A DNA stretch of 25,153 nt from a virus (Duplodnaviria > Caudoviricetes): positions 1-25,153 of IMG/VR virus record IMGVR_UViG_3300032269_000370; one strand, written 5' to 3'. Of this stretch, positions 1-8,413 are shown one piece after another (the first letter of the stretch is position 1; each line of letters starts with the position of its first letter). A program made the position numbers and the translations under genes. A model generated the notes under the pieces. It ran no database searches. It was not told the origin of the DNA and worked only from the letters and a program-made list of their open reading frames with translations.

Positions 1-420
1 CCATTGTGTTTTACGATGGCTACTAATACGATCTGCTAAAAAGTTTTGTAGTCCATATTCTCTTACTGCTGTGGCCTCATCAAAGGTGTCTTGTAATGTA
101 GTAATAACAGTGGCAAGATCGCCTAATAATACTAAAAACATTTCTTGAGGATCTGTAATCATCGCATCACTGGGTGTGTCAGCAATTTGGCTGTCAGCAA
201 TAATGTCCTTTAAATCGCCTTTGGGGAATACTCCCAAACGACGCAGTTCCTCAGCATAGTCATCAATTGATTCTTGTGCGTCAGTATAGATGTCCTCTAA
301 CAGTGTGTGATATTGTAGGAAGTCATCGCCCATTACTGCCCAATGAAATTGATGTGATTTTAGATAAAACGCAAAGTTGTTGGCAAATGCCATTAGTAGG
401 CTGGCAATTAGTTTGTCCAT
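1..420 (-). CDS. dps: Dps (ferritin-like DNA-protection protein), 3' end runs off the window
   Basis: Not in the ORF track. Hand translation from ATG at 420: MDKLIASLLMAFANNFAFYLKSHQFHWAVMGDDFLQYHTLLEDIYTDAQESIDDYAEELRRLG...NFLADRISSHRKTQW. It has the Dps signature HWxVxGxxFxxxH, the DxxAE ferroxidase ligands and the C-terminal HxKxxW. Open for 140 codons. Confidence 0.9.
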   Translation of the reverse strand, partial: MDKLIASLLMAFANNFAFYLKSHQFHWAVMGDDFLQYHTLLEDIYTDAQESIDDYAEELRRLGVFPKGDLKDIIADSQIADTPSDAMITDPQEMFLVLLGDLATVITTLQDTFDEATAVREYGLQNFLADRISSHRKTQW

Positions 421-421
421 A

Positions 422-1894
422 TTATTCTAATCCTGTGGTTGTTGTTGAAAAATATCTACGCGGACGCAGACTGGGATTACTGGAGTTATCTGCTGACATA
501 GGATTAACAGGACCAGTTTTAATGGGCCCTGTTGCTGGTAATCCTTGTGCCAATAAATGACTGGCTTGTTCTTCTGGTAAGTTGGGATCGTCTAGCAATT
601 CACGCACTCTATAGTCTATGACTGCTATGGCTTCAGGACTGGTCGCTGCCGTCTTAGCCAAATTGAGTTCGCGATATTCACGCTCCACATCTCTAATAGC
701 AAAACTGTCTGGATACTTTACTGAACCAGTCCATTCAATACCTTGGAATAATCCAAACAATTCCCATAACTGTTCTTCACACAGTTCTAAGTTATCAGCC
801 TTTTCTGCTAATCTGGCATTGAGCAATTGGAACTCTGTTTCCAATGCCACACCACTACTGGTTCTAGTTGCTGTGGCACGAACAGCACCAGTATTGGCCA
901 GTTGATTAATTTGTTCTTCTAAATCTTTGATCACATTGCGAATATTATCCACATTGCTGCCATTGTGTTCCAAATAATATGGATTAAGACCGCTGTCTGT
1001 GCCTTCTTGTAGAACGATTAACGCACCGGCACCTGAACCTAATTGTGCTGTTGGTGGTACGACCAAACTGGGGTGTCCGTCCAAGCGAATTGATTGCTCG
1101 CACTCCGATGTCATATTGTAAATCATACGCTGAATATCTGCGATGTCATTGATATCACTGATTCCAACACCTTTTACAACACTTTGCTCATTGTATAACA
1201 ACACAACAGGCACACGGCCTAACTCATTAACTTCGCGACTTTTAATATGGGCTTCTTTGTTTTCATCATCTAACACCCAAGTCAATATCTCTGTGGGAGT
1301 TATTTCTTTAAGGATAGACATTTGATCCATCACTTCTTCAATGTATTTGAAATAGACCAATTCATATTCGCCCGATACTTTACGCTCCCAACGCCAATCA
1401 TTGGCAACAAGTGGGCTTATTAAACTGACATAGGGCCTAATGCCCATTTCCTGTTCTTGTGCTAATGTGGTAGCACCCACATTGGGTTTTGACATTACTA
1501 TCCAAGTGTGCCCGAAAACACTAGCCCAACATTCGGCTTCTTTCATAAAAGCGTTAATGTCGCGACCTTCATAGTCAGCGTCTTTGAGGAAACTGTCTAA
1601 ATCTTCTCGCCCTTCCCACGATTCAAAATTGCGTTCAATGTCATTGCGGAATAAAAAACTCATATACACTGCTATGATGGCAGCGCAGTGATTTACCAAT
1701 GGTGTGTTCAATAATCTAGCATTGTATTCGCCCGGCTGTTCCAGCACATAGCGAGTAAGATATGATCCTAATCTATAATCCTGTCCCCCCACGTAAGAAT
1801 CGTAAAGGAACGTCCAGCGCAGTCTATTGCGGCCATATTCACGATTGGTGACTGACAGCCTGGCATAGTCGTTCGTTAGTGTTTGATTCGCCAT
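422..1894 (-). CDS. Portal protein (SPP1 gp6-like)
   Basis: 490 aa, directly downstream of terL. Portal-like motifs NELGRVPVV, GISDINDIADIQRMIYN and SGVALETEFQLLNARL. Confidence 0.88.
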   Translation of the reverse strand: MANQTLTNDYARLSVTNREYGRNRLRWTFLYDSYVGGQDYRLGSYLTRYVLEQPGEYNARLLNTPLVNHCAAIIAVYMSFLFRNDIERNFESWEGREDLDSFLKDADYEGRDINAFMKEAECWASVFGHTWIVMSKPNVGATTLAQEQEMGIRPYVSLISPLVANDWRWERKVSGEYELVYFKYIEEVMDQMSILKEITPTEILTWVLDDENKEAHIKSREVNELGRVPVVLLYNEQSVVKGVGISDINDIADIQRMIYNMTSECEQSIRLDGHPSLVVPPTAQLGSGAGALIVLQEGTDSGLNPYYLEHNGSNVDNIRNVIKDLEEQINQLANTGAVRATATRTSSGVALETEFQLLNARLAEKADNLELCEEQLWELFGLFQGIEWTGSVKYPDSFAIRDVEREYRELNLAKTAATSPEAIAVIDYRVRELLDDPNLPEEQASHLLAQGLPATGPIKTGPVNPMSADNSSNPSLRPRRYFSTTTTGLE

Positions 1895-3130
1895 TTATCT
1901 TGTTCCTATTTGATGAGACCACATACGGATCTCTGGGTTATTCACTGGTTGTCTAATTGGAAATAGATAATCAACCATATATCGCAGTGCGTCATTCATA
2001 TGATCGTATCCCGAAGTCTTATCGGGCAAACTGGTTCCCGATTTGTAAGTCTGCTTTTCCAAACACTCTATTGCGTATTTACATTTAGGATCAATGAATA
2101 GGCGGGTTATGCCACTAGAACTGCGCAATAGTGTATTGACCGCATTAATTCCGTCGCGCACTGCGTTATGACTGCTGGGTGCTAAGACTCGAAATCCGGC
2201 TGTTCTAAGTATTGTATGATCTGTTCTACCCGCTGCCGCCGTCTTTCTAGCCGCTCCTGCTGGATCAGGATAGCAGATAACGTTCCGCGTAGGATATCTA
2301 GTTTTAATCTCTTGAACCAATTCATCTGTGTTGCTCCCATATATTCTTATTTCATCAATTGCGTGTAGCGTATTGCCGCGTCTAACAGCCACCACTGCGC
2401 TGATAGGATCAATATTGAAATCACAACCGATGTGAAGATCTGTTGGTAATTGATCTGTGTAAGGCAGGACATTTTGTCGGCGTTCAAATGCGTAGAATAC
2501 ACGACCGCTGAAGTTTTCAAAAGTGGCTTCGTATTCTTGTTTAAATGTTCGCTCATCCAGTGTTCGGCGTGCTGCTTCTATTTCTTCAGCGGCAACATTT
2601 CCGCCTTGTAATGTGGTATATTGAAAACTGGCCCATTCATCAGGATATTGTTCAGCATTTGTGTAAAGATCGTGCGCCCAATTAAGTCCCTTGGGTGTGC
2701 CAATGAATAATGCGTGTCCTTGTTTATCGCTAAGTGTAGGGCGGAGAGTTTCGTACCAGGCCTCTGGGTGGATATCGGCAAATTCGTCGATAACCAAGTA
2801 GTCCAGTCCAACCCCTCTGAGGCTGTCGTAATTGTCTGCTCCTTTGAGACTGATTGTTGATCCATTTTTTAACTCCAAACTTAAATCACTTTCATTGGCT
2901 TTGCGAACCCATCGCAAATCCATTAATTGATTGCGTAGTTTTTTCCAAGCAATCATCCTGGCCTGCCTGTAAGTTGGTGCTACATACCATACAGTTTGAT
3001 CAGGTAGTCTAGCATACCAAGCCAATTGTCTAATACTTAAATGAGTCTTGCCAAATCTGCGCCCAGCCACGATACATTTAAATCGCTGTGGAGCATCAAC
3101 TATGCTCTGCTGGGGAACAGTCAATGGCAA
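1895..3130 (-). CDS. terL: Terminase large subunit
   Basis: Walker A AGRRFGKT, YVAPTYRQA, Walker B LVIDE, GTPKG coupling motif, and RNase H-like nuclease residues (GCDFN, YDHMNDALRY). Confidence 0.96.
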   Translation of the reverse strand: MPLTVPQQSIVDAPQRFKCIVAGRRFGKTHLSIRQLAWYARLPDQTVWYVAPTYRQARMIAWKKLRNQLMDLRWVRKANESDLSLELKNGSTISLKGADNYDSLRGVGLDYLVIDEFADIHPEAWYETLRPTLSDKQGHALFIGTPKGLNWAHDLYTNAEQYPDEWASFQYTTLQGGNVAAEEIEAARRTLDERTFKQEYEATFENFSGRVFYAFERRQNVLPYTDQLPTDLHIGCDFNIDPISAVVAVRRGNTLHAIDEIRIYGSNTDELVQEIKTRYPTRNVICYPDPAGAARKTAAAGRTDHTILRTAGFRVLAPSSHNAVRDGINAVNTLLRSSSGITRLFIDPKCKYAIECLEKQTYKSGTSLPDKTSGYDHMNDALRYMVDYLFPIRQPVNNPEIRMWSHQIGTR

Positions 3131-3502
3131 TTATTCGCTCCAAGGCAGCGGCTCATTGGCATCACTGTTGATTGGATTATCTGATTGACCCAGTATGTTT
3201 TTACCTAACCAAATCAACATAACAGCATTGCCCTGTAGAGCCAAACGCAATTGTGCTTGTCTTAGGCTTTGTTTTAAATTATTGCGTCCGCGATCCAGTT
3301 CTGGTCTAAAGTTATAAGTCAGCGTGTTTTCATCGATGTCAAACCATTCGCATATCTCGTGGTTCTTACAGCCAATCTGCGCTAATTTATAAACTTCTTC
3401 AGGTGGCACTACCACATTCTTTCTGCTGACAATGCGGCCTTCTACAATTTTTGAACCATATCTAGTTCGCTTTACTTTTTCTTTAGGTTGTTCATCACTC
3501 AA
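3131..3502 (-). CDS. terS: Terminase small subunit (HTH-type)
   Basis: Immediately upstream of terL. HTH-like VYKLAQIGCKNHEICEWFDIDENTL and C-terminal GNAVMLIWLGKNILGQSD. Start moved to TTG at 3502, which has a GGAG SD and overlaps the upstream stop. Confidence 0.8.
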   Translation of the reverse strand: MSDEQPKEKVKRTRYGSKIVEGRIVSRKNVVVPPEEVYKLAQIGCKNHEICEWFDIDENTLTYNFRPELDRGRNNLKQSLRQAQLRLALQGNAVMLIWLGKNILGQSDNPINSDANEPLPWSE

Positions 3503-5327
3503 CGGTTTTCTCCAAATTAAATGCCGCAGCAAGATTAGTATCAACAACCACTTGATCAATGCGGCTCTGCGGATTCGCGAGTTCTATAATAGTAGCGTCT
3601 TGAGTGTGCGTAAATTTATAGGCACTGTTGTTTCTTAACTTAATTATGTAAAATATCTCATCTAGCACGGTATTTGGCCTGGAATTGAAGAATTCTTTAA
3701 CAGTTGTGCTGCCTTTTTGCTGAATATATTTTGTCAGTGCGTTATTGACTTCGGCAGTGTGAGATTCTTGTTCTGTAAAACTCAAGCCTATAAAATCACT
3801 GTATAACTGAGCATCGCGTAATGCTGCTCGTGATTCTGCTGTGGGTGCTTGACCATAATGCTCATCAACCACGCGGTGTATGGCTGACTCTGCTACTCTA
3901 ATACACCATTTGTCGTGTGCTGTGGTCCAATCTCTATCCCAGGGTATAATGGTACGACAAACGTGAGCCGCTTCAAAGGCAGTATAACAGAAAGTTTCTT
4001 CAACACTGGGTATAATGGCCAACGCTGCTGAACGCATAGCATCAACTTTACTGGCACCGGTTAATGCCACGTGAATTGTGTGTTCTATGCCTTCTTCTAA
4101 AAAGCGTCGTTTAAACTTGTCAGCAGACTTTTGACTGGGTGTAATCAATATGGCAGGATGACCACTGCTCTTACAAGCGCGAATAAACACTTCGGGATTT
4201 TTGCGTGGCTCATATGGACCAATATACAATATACCACTGCGATTGCTGAAATCTGTGTCGTCTAAACACTCTAGCAATTCAGGTTGTCCCAGCGGTGGGG
4301 TCATTACTGTGATGCGATTCTCAGTGACCTGTGTGTGTTGTAAAAATTCACCCCGTGTGTATTCACTTTGGCAAATAATTCGTATTGGGCTGGTTTCTAA
4401 TAGGCTGCGTGTTAAGTCAGTTAAAAAGTTATCTGGTCCGCGTCCTATGTCCATTTCACTGTGAGTGACATAATACATATTGTCGTGTTGCCGATCTAGG
4501 CCAATACTGATCGCAGCCAACAGTGTGTCCAAACTGTTGATGATCAATACATCATAACTGTATGTGGATAACGCTCGCATTAATCCTGCTCGCAAATCCA
4601 CAGCGTCTTTTAATCGCACAATGGGACTGCGCATAGCAATGTCCGCATCTAGATTGCTTTTTACAATGTCTGAATCGGGACTGATCCAATTGGCAATGTC
4701 ATTGTATCTGTCAAACTGTGTATTGGCGACATCACTGTCATTGCTGATAATATCAACTTGAACACCACTGCGTAATCCCCATTCTAACCAGCCATTGATA
4801 TAAGTGGTGACCCCACGATTAACATAACTGTGCTTGAGAACTACCAAACCTACACGCCTAGTTATAGGCTCATCGCCTCGCGCTTTTGCCAATTCTTCTG
4901 CTGAGGTAGCATAGTTTTTACCATTTAATAATCTGTCAATTTCCAATTCGCTGAATGCGGTCATTGAGGCGGTGAGACTGAGATCATCATTCAATCTGCT
5001 CAATAACTCTCGCAATTCTGTGGTCAATAGTGGATCATCCCAAGCAGCATATTCATTGGTTTTATTATCAGCCAATCTATAGGCCTGTGCTTGCTCCTCA
5101 GTTAATTCATTGGCAACAATAACTGGGATCTTAACCAGTTTAAGTCGTTTAGCCGCTTTGTATCTAGTATGTCCAACAATGATAACACGATTGCTATCAA
5201 CCACAATAGGCTGTTGAAAACCATATTGGCGAATAGATTCTACTACAACATCAACAGCCCGGTCATTGCGGCGTGGATTAGCAGGATAGGGCTTAATACT
5301 GGCAGTGTCGGCCATTTCGATAATCAT
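3495..5327 (-). CDS. ParB/Srx N-terminal domain fused to a GT-B (GT4-like) glycosyltransferase
   Basis: N-terminus PYPANPRRND..SIRQYGFQQPIVVD..IIVGHTRYKAA..ADNK is a phage ParB-like domain. The C-terminal half has YIGPYEPRKNPEVFIRA and IPSVEETFCYTAFEAA (the GT4 E-x7-E motif). Confidence 0.82.
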   Translation of the reverse strand: MIIEMADTASIKPYPANPRRNDRAVDVVVESIRQYGFQQPIVVDSNRVIIVGHTRYKAAKRLKLVKIPVIVANELTEEQAQAYRLADNKTNEYAAWDDPLLTTELRELLSRLNDDLSLTASMTAFSELEIDRLLNGKNYATSAEELAKARGDEPITRRVGLVVLKHSYVNRGVTTYINGWLEWGLRSGVQVDIISNDSDVANTQFDRYNDIANWISPDSDIVKSNLDADIAMRSPIVRLKDAVDLRAGLMRALSTYSYDVLIINSLDTLLAAISIGLDRQHDNMYYVTHSEMDIGRGPDNFLTDLTRSLLETSPIRIICQSEYTRGEFLQHTQVTENRITVMTPPLGQPELLECLDDTDFSNRSGILYIGPYEPRKNPEVFIRACKSSGHPAILITPSQKSADKFKRRFLEEGIEHTIHVALTGASKVDAMRSAALAIIPSVEETFCYTAFEAAHVCRTIIPWDRDWTTAHDKWCIRVAESAIHRVVDEHYGQAPTAESRAALRDAQLYSDFIGLSFTEQESHTAEVNNALTKYIQQKGSTTVKEFFNSRPNTVLDEIFYIIKLRNNSAYKFTHTQDATIIELANPQSRIDQVVVDTNLAAAFNLEKTVE

Positions 5328-5333
5328 AAATTC

Positions 5334-5365
5334 TCCTTGGACTACTATTTAAAGTAATCCAAGGA
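5334..5365 (-). promoter_or_regulatory. SD-sequestering hairpin with TAAATA in the loop
   Basis: Minus strand TCCTTGGATTACT-TTAAAT-AGTAGTCCAAGGA forms a 13-bp stem with one G-U pair. The 3' arm contains AAGGA of the SD for 3495..5327. Confidence 0.7.
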
Positions 5366-5378
5366 TTTTTATAATTTT

Positions 5379-6053
5379 TTAACAGCCTAAACCTTGTAAA
5401 GCATTAGCCAGATTTTGATAATGCCGCACTACGCTGGCCATACGCGTTTTAGCAGCATCTACTACTCGTGGATGTAGGAACTGTCCGCCAAAGCGCTCTA
5501 ACTGAACATAACCTAATGCGTGATTAGTGCCACGCTGGCCTTCAATAACTCGAAAATGTGTAAAACCCAACGCTGCCCAATATGCTGCCTTGGACCTAAT
5601 GCGACCTAATTCTAAACTAATGGCCACGCACTCTAAATGTTGCCGGGCAAAAGTATAAGCATAAGTGGCTATGCCTGCGGACCTATGCGCAGGATCAATC
5701 CAAATAAGTTCTAATGTTCTGTAATCAGTCGCGTCAGTGGGTAAAAAAGTAGAAATAAAACCTATATCTACTGTGTCCAGCGTAATAGCATAAGCCCGAC
5801 GCTGTCGATCATTGGTCAAATAATCTTCTTCATAATGATTGCGTGTCGCTGCGCCACCTGCTGCTTCATATTCATCTGCCCAACGATCTACTAATGCGGG
5901 CATCTGTAGCATACCAATGGGCCTAAACTGAACACGATCGCGTAATTGCCCAATTTGATTACAAATTGTATTTTGATGCTGTGTAATATCTGCGTAATAA
6001 CGGTTGGTCCTAGCACGCCATAATTGCTCGTCTCGTTTGCTTGCCTTGCTCAT
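5379..6053 (-). CDS. GNAT-family acetyltransferase-like protein
   Basis: GNAT motif A LELIWIDPAHRSAGIAT and downstream AAYWAALGF. AGGAG SD supplied by repeat module 1. Confidence 0.7.
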   Translation of the reverse strand: MSKASKRDEQLWRARTNRYYADITQHQNTICNQIGQLRDRVQFRPIGMLQMPALVDRWADEYEAAGGAATRNHYEEDYLTNDRQRRAYAITLDTVDIGFISTFLPTDATDYRTLELIWIDPAHRSAGIATYAYTFARQHLECVAISLELGRIRSKAAYWAALGFTHFRVIEGQRGTNHALGYVQLERFGGQFLHPRVVDAAKTRMASVVRHYQNLANALQGLGC

Positions 6054-6155
6054 CGCACACTCCTAAAATTGCGTAGCAGTATCGCTACATCAACAATTAT
6101 ACACAGGTCGCTCCTGAAGAGCAAGAACGACCCTGTGTGTTGCTTTTACGCTACA
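6054..6155 (-). repeat. Regulatory repeat module 1 (palindromic box, hairpin, sigma70 promoter, leader hairpin, SD)
   Basis: Core CTACATCAACAATTATACACAG at 6085-6106; -10 TATAAT 6096-6101; -35 TTGCTC 6119-6124 (17-nt spacer); box 6138-6155. Confidence 0.92.
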
Positions 6156-6793
6156 GTCTGCTCAGTGTCGAAGCAGTCCCAGGTGTTATCTGGATCTGGC
6201 TCACTAACATCGACACATTTTACATTCTCGCCACGCAGGAGTCGCATTAGGAAATGCTGTCCTACTACCTTAGGGTCAAGATATTCTTGAAATAAATCCA
6301 TTACATCACGCTGATACGCACAGTAGCCAGTCTTTAATACCAAATCTAAATAGCGAGTCATAACCGATTCAGCATCGTCATCTTCGACCCAGTCTTCAAG
6401 GCTTTGTTCTATGTCGTACCAGGCCATAAAGTCGGCCATAAATTCTGTGGATAAAATGCTATCGTGAATGTCTTGATAACAAGCCTCTAATTCTTCATCA
6501 TCTAGTTCCCAAATCTCTAAATCAAACCACAAGCGGAAACTACCATAACCATCGTCGTCCATCTTGTAAAAATGATTCCACCACAGTGCTCGTGTCTTGT
6601 ATGCTGCCTTGTAGGCCTTTTTTCGACGGTTTGCTATTAGCCTATCGTTGTCTTGGTTTAACTGCTCTCCAAGCATTTTGATTTGATCAAAATGAATAGA
6701 CTGATCCACTCCAAAAAAGCAGTAAATTTTTGGTTCGTCCCAGGAATTCTTGGGTTGAACAAATCTAAAACCAGCCCTAGTCTCATATGACAT
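6146..6793 (-). CDS. Hypothetical acidic protein (215 aa)
   Basis: Long ORF with a GGAG SD, bounded exactly by repeat modules 2 and 1. No recognisable family. Confidence 0.8.
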   Translation of the reverse strand: MSYETRAGFRFVQPKNSWDEPKIYCFFGVDQSIHFDQIKMLGEQLNQDNDRLIANRRKKAYKAAYKTRALWWNHFYKMDDDGYGSFRLWFDLEIWELDDEELEACYQDIHDSILSTEFMADFMAWYDIEQSLEDWVEDDDAESVMTRYLDLVLKTGYCAYQRDVMDLFQEYLDPKVVGQHFLMRLLRGENVKCVDVSEPDPDNTWDCFDTEQTVA

Positions 6794-6905
6794 AATATAC
6801 TCCAGTGTGTGTTAAAAATATCAGTAGCAACTCGCTACATCAACAATTATACACAGGTCGCCCCTGTAGAGCAAGAACGACCTCCTGTGTTGTTTTTACG
6901 CAACA
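6794..6905 (-). repeat. Regulatory repeat module 2
   Basis: Core 6835-6856; -10 6846-6851; -35 TTGCTC 6869-6874; box TGTTG-N8-CAACA 6888-6905. Confidence 0.92.
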
Positions 6906-7072
6906 ATGCGGCAAGTGCGTTGAACTGTGCTGCCCGGGCAAGTGTGATCACTACACTGAATGACTGACCTAACCCCAGTCTCGTAATCCACAGTATTGGT
7001 TGTGGTGGTTGTGACATTACAACCATCATCGGCGCAGCCTGCCAATAGGCATAGAATAAACAGGATTCTCAC
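6896..7072 (-). CDS. Small Cys-rich lipoprotein (58 aa)
   Basis: Not in the ORF track. MRILFILCLLAGCADDGCNVTTTTTNTVDYETGVRSVIQCSDHTCPGSTVQRTCRIVA*. LAGC lipobox, GTGA overlap with the upstream stop, AGGA SD, and the stop falls in the module-2 box as for the other cassette genes. Confidence 0.8.
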   Translation of the reverse strand: MRILFILCLLAGCADDGCNVTTTTTNTVDYETGVRSVIQCSDHTCPGSTVQRTCRIVA

Positions 7073-7299
7073 GCTGTGTCCTTTGAGATAAAATAGAATT
7101 CATTGGGCTTGCGATAGCGATTTACATAAAAGTGTCGTTGGCTAAATCCAGTGGATGCTGTATATTCGGGCACTGAATTATAAGGACCTTGTGGTGTCAT
7201 AATGGCCTGTGCTACTCTACCCCCAGTGCGTAGTTCGCCCTTTTTAAGTCGGCTCATTAATGCCCGGGACTCGGCAGTGTGCTTCGTACCGGGCCGCAT
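7069..7299 (-). CDS. Stand-alone NUMOD3-type DNA-binding protein
   Basis: GTKHTAESRALMSRLKKG matches the NUMOD3 pattern, followed by a TPxGxYxSxxE HTH-like segment. No nuclease domain. Confidence 0.65.
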   Translation of the reverse strand: MRPGTKHTAESRALMSRLKKGELRTGGRVAQAIMTPQGPYNSVPEYTASTGFSQRHFYVNRYRKPNEFYFISKDTA

Positions 7300-7547
7300 T
7301 ATGCTGTCACCTCTTCAATAGTGTATTCAACTTCATCCATACCACCATCACTGTCATCGTCGTCCGACTGCCAATCCCAATCAATGTCAGTGTCTTGATC
7401 GCAAACCCATTCAGCAAGCCCATCATATTCTGAATGCTGTCCTGATTCGATTTGTTGATACAGTTCTGGATCAATGTCAATTGTGGCCTCAAATACACTT
7501 CTGCGATAGATAGTGTAATAACCATTTTTAATAACTGTAATTTTCAT
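7299..7547 (-). CDS. Hypothetical acidic protein (82 aa)
   Basis: Start moved to ATG at 7547 (GGAGG SD, ATGA overlap). TAATG coupling to the next gene. Confidence 0.75.
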   Translation of the reverse strand: MKITVIKNGYYTIYRRSVFEATIDIDPELYQQIESGQHSEYDGLAEWVCDQDTDIDWDWQSDDDDSDGGMDEVEYTIEEVTA

Positions 7548-7675
7548 TCTGCGGCCTCCAACCATTGCTGTTCTTCGTTGGTTAAACTGCGAGTTTGTTC
7601 TGCTTCACGCAACTCAGCAATTAGATCTTCAGTTTGTTCTTGTGTCCAGGAACCTGTATGCCAATTGGGTTTCAT
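7544..7675 (-). CDS. Hypothetical micro-protein (43 aa)
   Basis: Not in the track. MKPNWHTGSWTQEQTEDLIAELREAEQTRSLTNEEQQWLEAAE*. GGAGG SD and ATGA overlaps at both ends. Confidence 0.75.
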   Translation of the reverse strand: MKPNWHTGSWTQEQTEDLIAELREAEQTRSLTNEEQQWLEAAE

Positions 7676-7839
7676 TCTGCGGCCTCCTGTAGTAGTTCAG
7701 TAAAAGCGGTTTCGATATGTGTTCGAACTGTATCGTATTCTGGATATCTGCGTAAGAGTCGAGCACACTCACGCAAATACTTTTGAACCTTTGACAGTTC
7801 TGCTGTCTTTAACAGCATACGATGTTCTTCGTTTGTCAT
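7672..7839 (-). CDS. Hypothetical micro-protein (55 aa)
   Basis: Not in the track. MTNEEHRMLLKTAELSKVQKYLRECARLLRRYPEYDTVRTHIETAFTELLQEAAE*. AGGAG SD and ATGA overlaps at both ends. Confidence 0.75.
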   Translation of the reverse strand: MTNEEHRMLLKTAELSKVQKYLRECARLLRRYPEYDTVRTHIETAFTELLQEAAE

Positions 7840-8027
7840 TCTGCGCACTCCTGTTTCTGTTGTGAATCGGGCCTATCTATACTGTGTCGATCAAGCGTCA
7901 ATTGTCTAGCCAAAAACCTAACTGGCATATTTGACCAAATTGACTGTTGCTGTGCTGTTGGCTCAATGCCACGCAGTCGTAAAAACTCACAATGAGCCTG
8001 TATTATGTTATGTCTGCTGTATCTCAT
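7836..8027 (-). CDS. Hypothetical protein (63 aa)
   Basis: First gene after module 3, with a TAAGGAG SD. Confidence 0.75.
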   Translation of the reverse strand: MRYSRHNIIQAHCEFLRLRGIEPTAQQQSIWSNMPVRFLARQLTLDRHSIDRPDSQQKQECAE

Positions 8028-8134
8028 AGCACTCTCCTTAGTTAAAAATGTGTAGCAGTATCGCTACATCAACAATTATACACAGGCCGCTCTCAAAAAG
8101 CAAGAACAGCCTGCTGTGTTGTTAATCTACAACA
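8028..8134 (-). repeat. Regulatory repeat module 3
   Basis: Core 8064-8085; -10 8075-8080; -35 TTGCTT 8098-8103; box 8117-8134. Confidence 0.92.
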
Positions 8135-8307
8135 ACATCGTTTAGACTCAAAAACGCTTTGAGATCGCACAGTTCGTCCTCGTCAATACTCCACAGGTCG
8201 TCTGTGTCGTAAGCGAACCTACAGGCCTGATCCAGCGACCACTCACGATCATAGCCTACCCTGCGCAAACGGTCAAACTCTCGACGCGCCAAATCTTCGA
8301 TATCCAT
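8122..8307 (-). CDS. Hypothetical protein (61 aa)
   Basis: Start moved to ATG at 8307 (MDIEDLARR), after the TAAGGAG SD. The track start lies inside the repeat. Confidence 0.75.
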   Translation of the reverse strand: MDIEDLARREFDRLRRVGYDREWSLDQACRFAYDTDDLWSIDEDELCDLKAFLSLNDVVVD

Positions 8308-8413
8308 CGCACTCTCCTTAGTTAAAAATCTGTAGCAATTCACTACATCAACAATTATACACAGGTCTGCTGCCTAGAGCAAGCAGAACTGTGTGTGTTG
8401 TTTTTATGCTACT
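8308..8413 (-). repeat. Regulatory repeat module 4
   Basis: Core 8343-8364; -10 8354-8359; -35 TTGCTC 8377-8382; box 8396-8413. Confidence 0.92.

Noticed and set aside
6847-7029. ORF-track 60-aa ORF
   Set aside because: It runs through the module-2 promoter and has no SD. The overlapping frame 6896..7072 has an SD, translational coupling and a lipobox.
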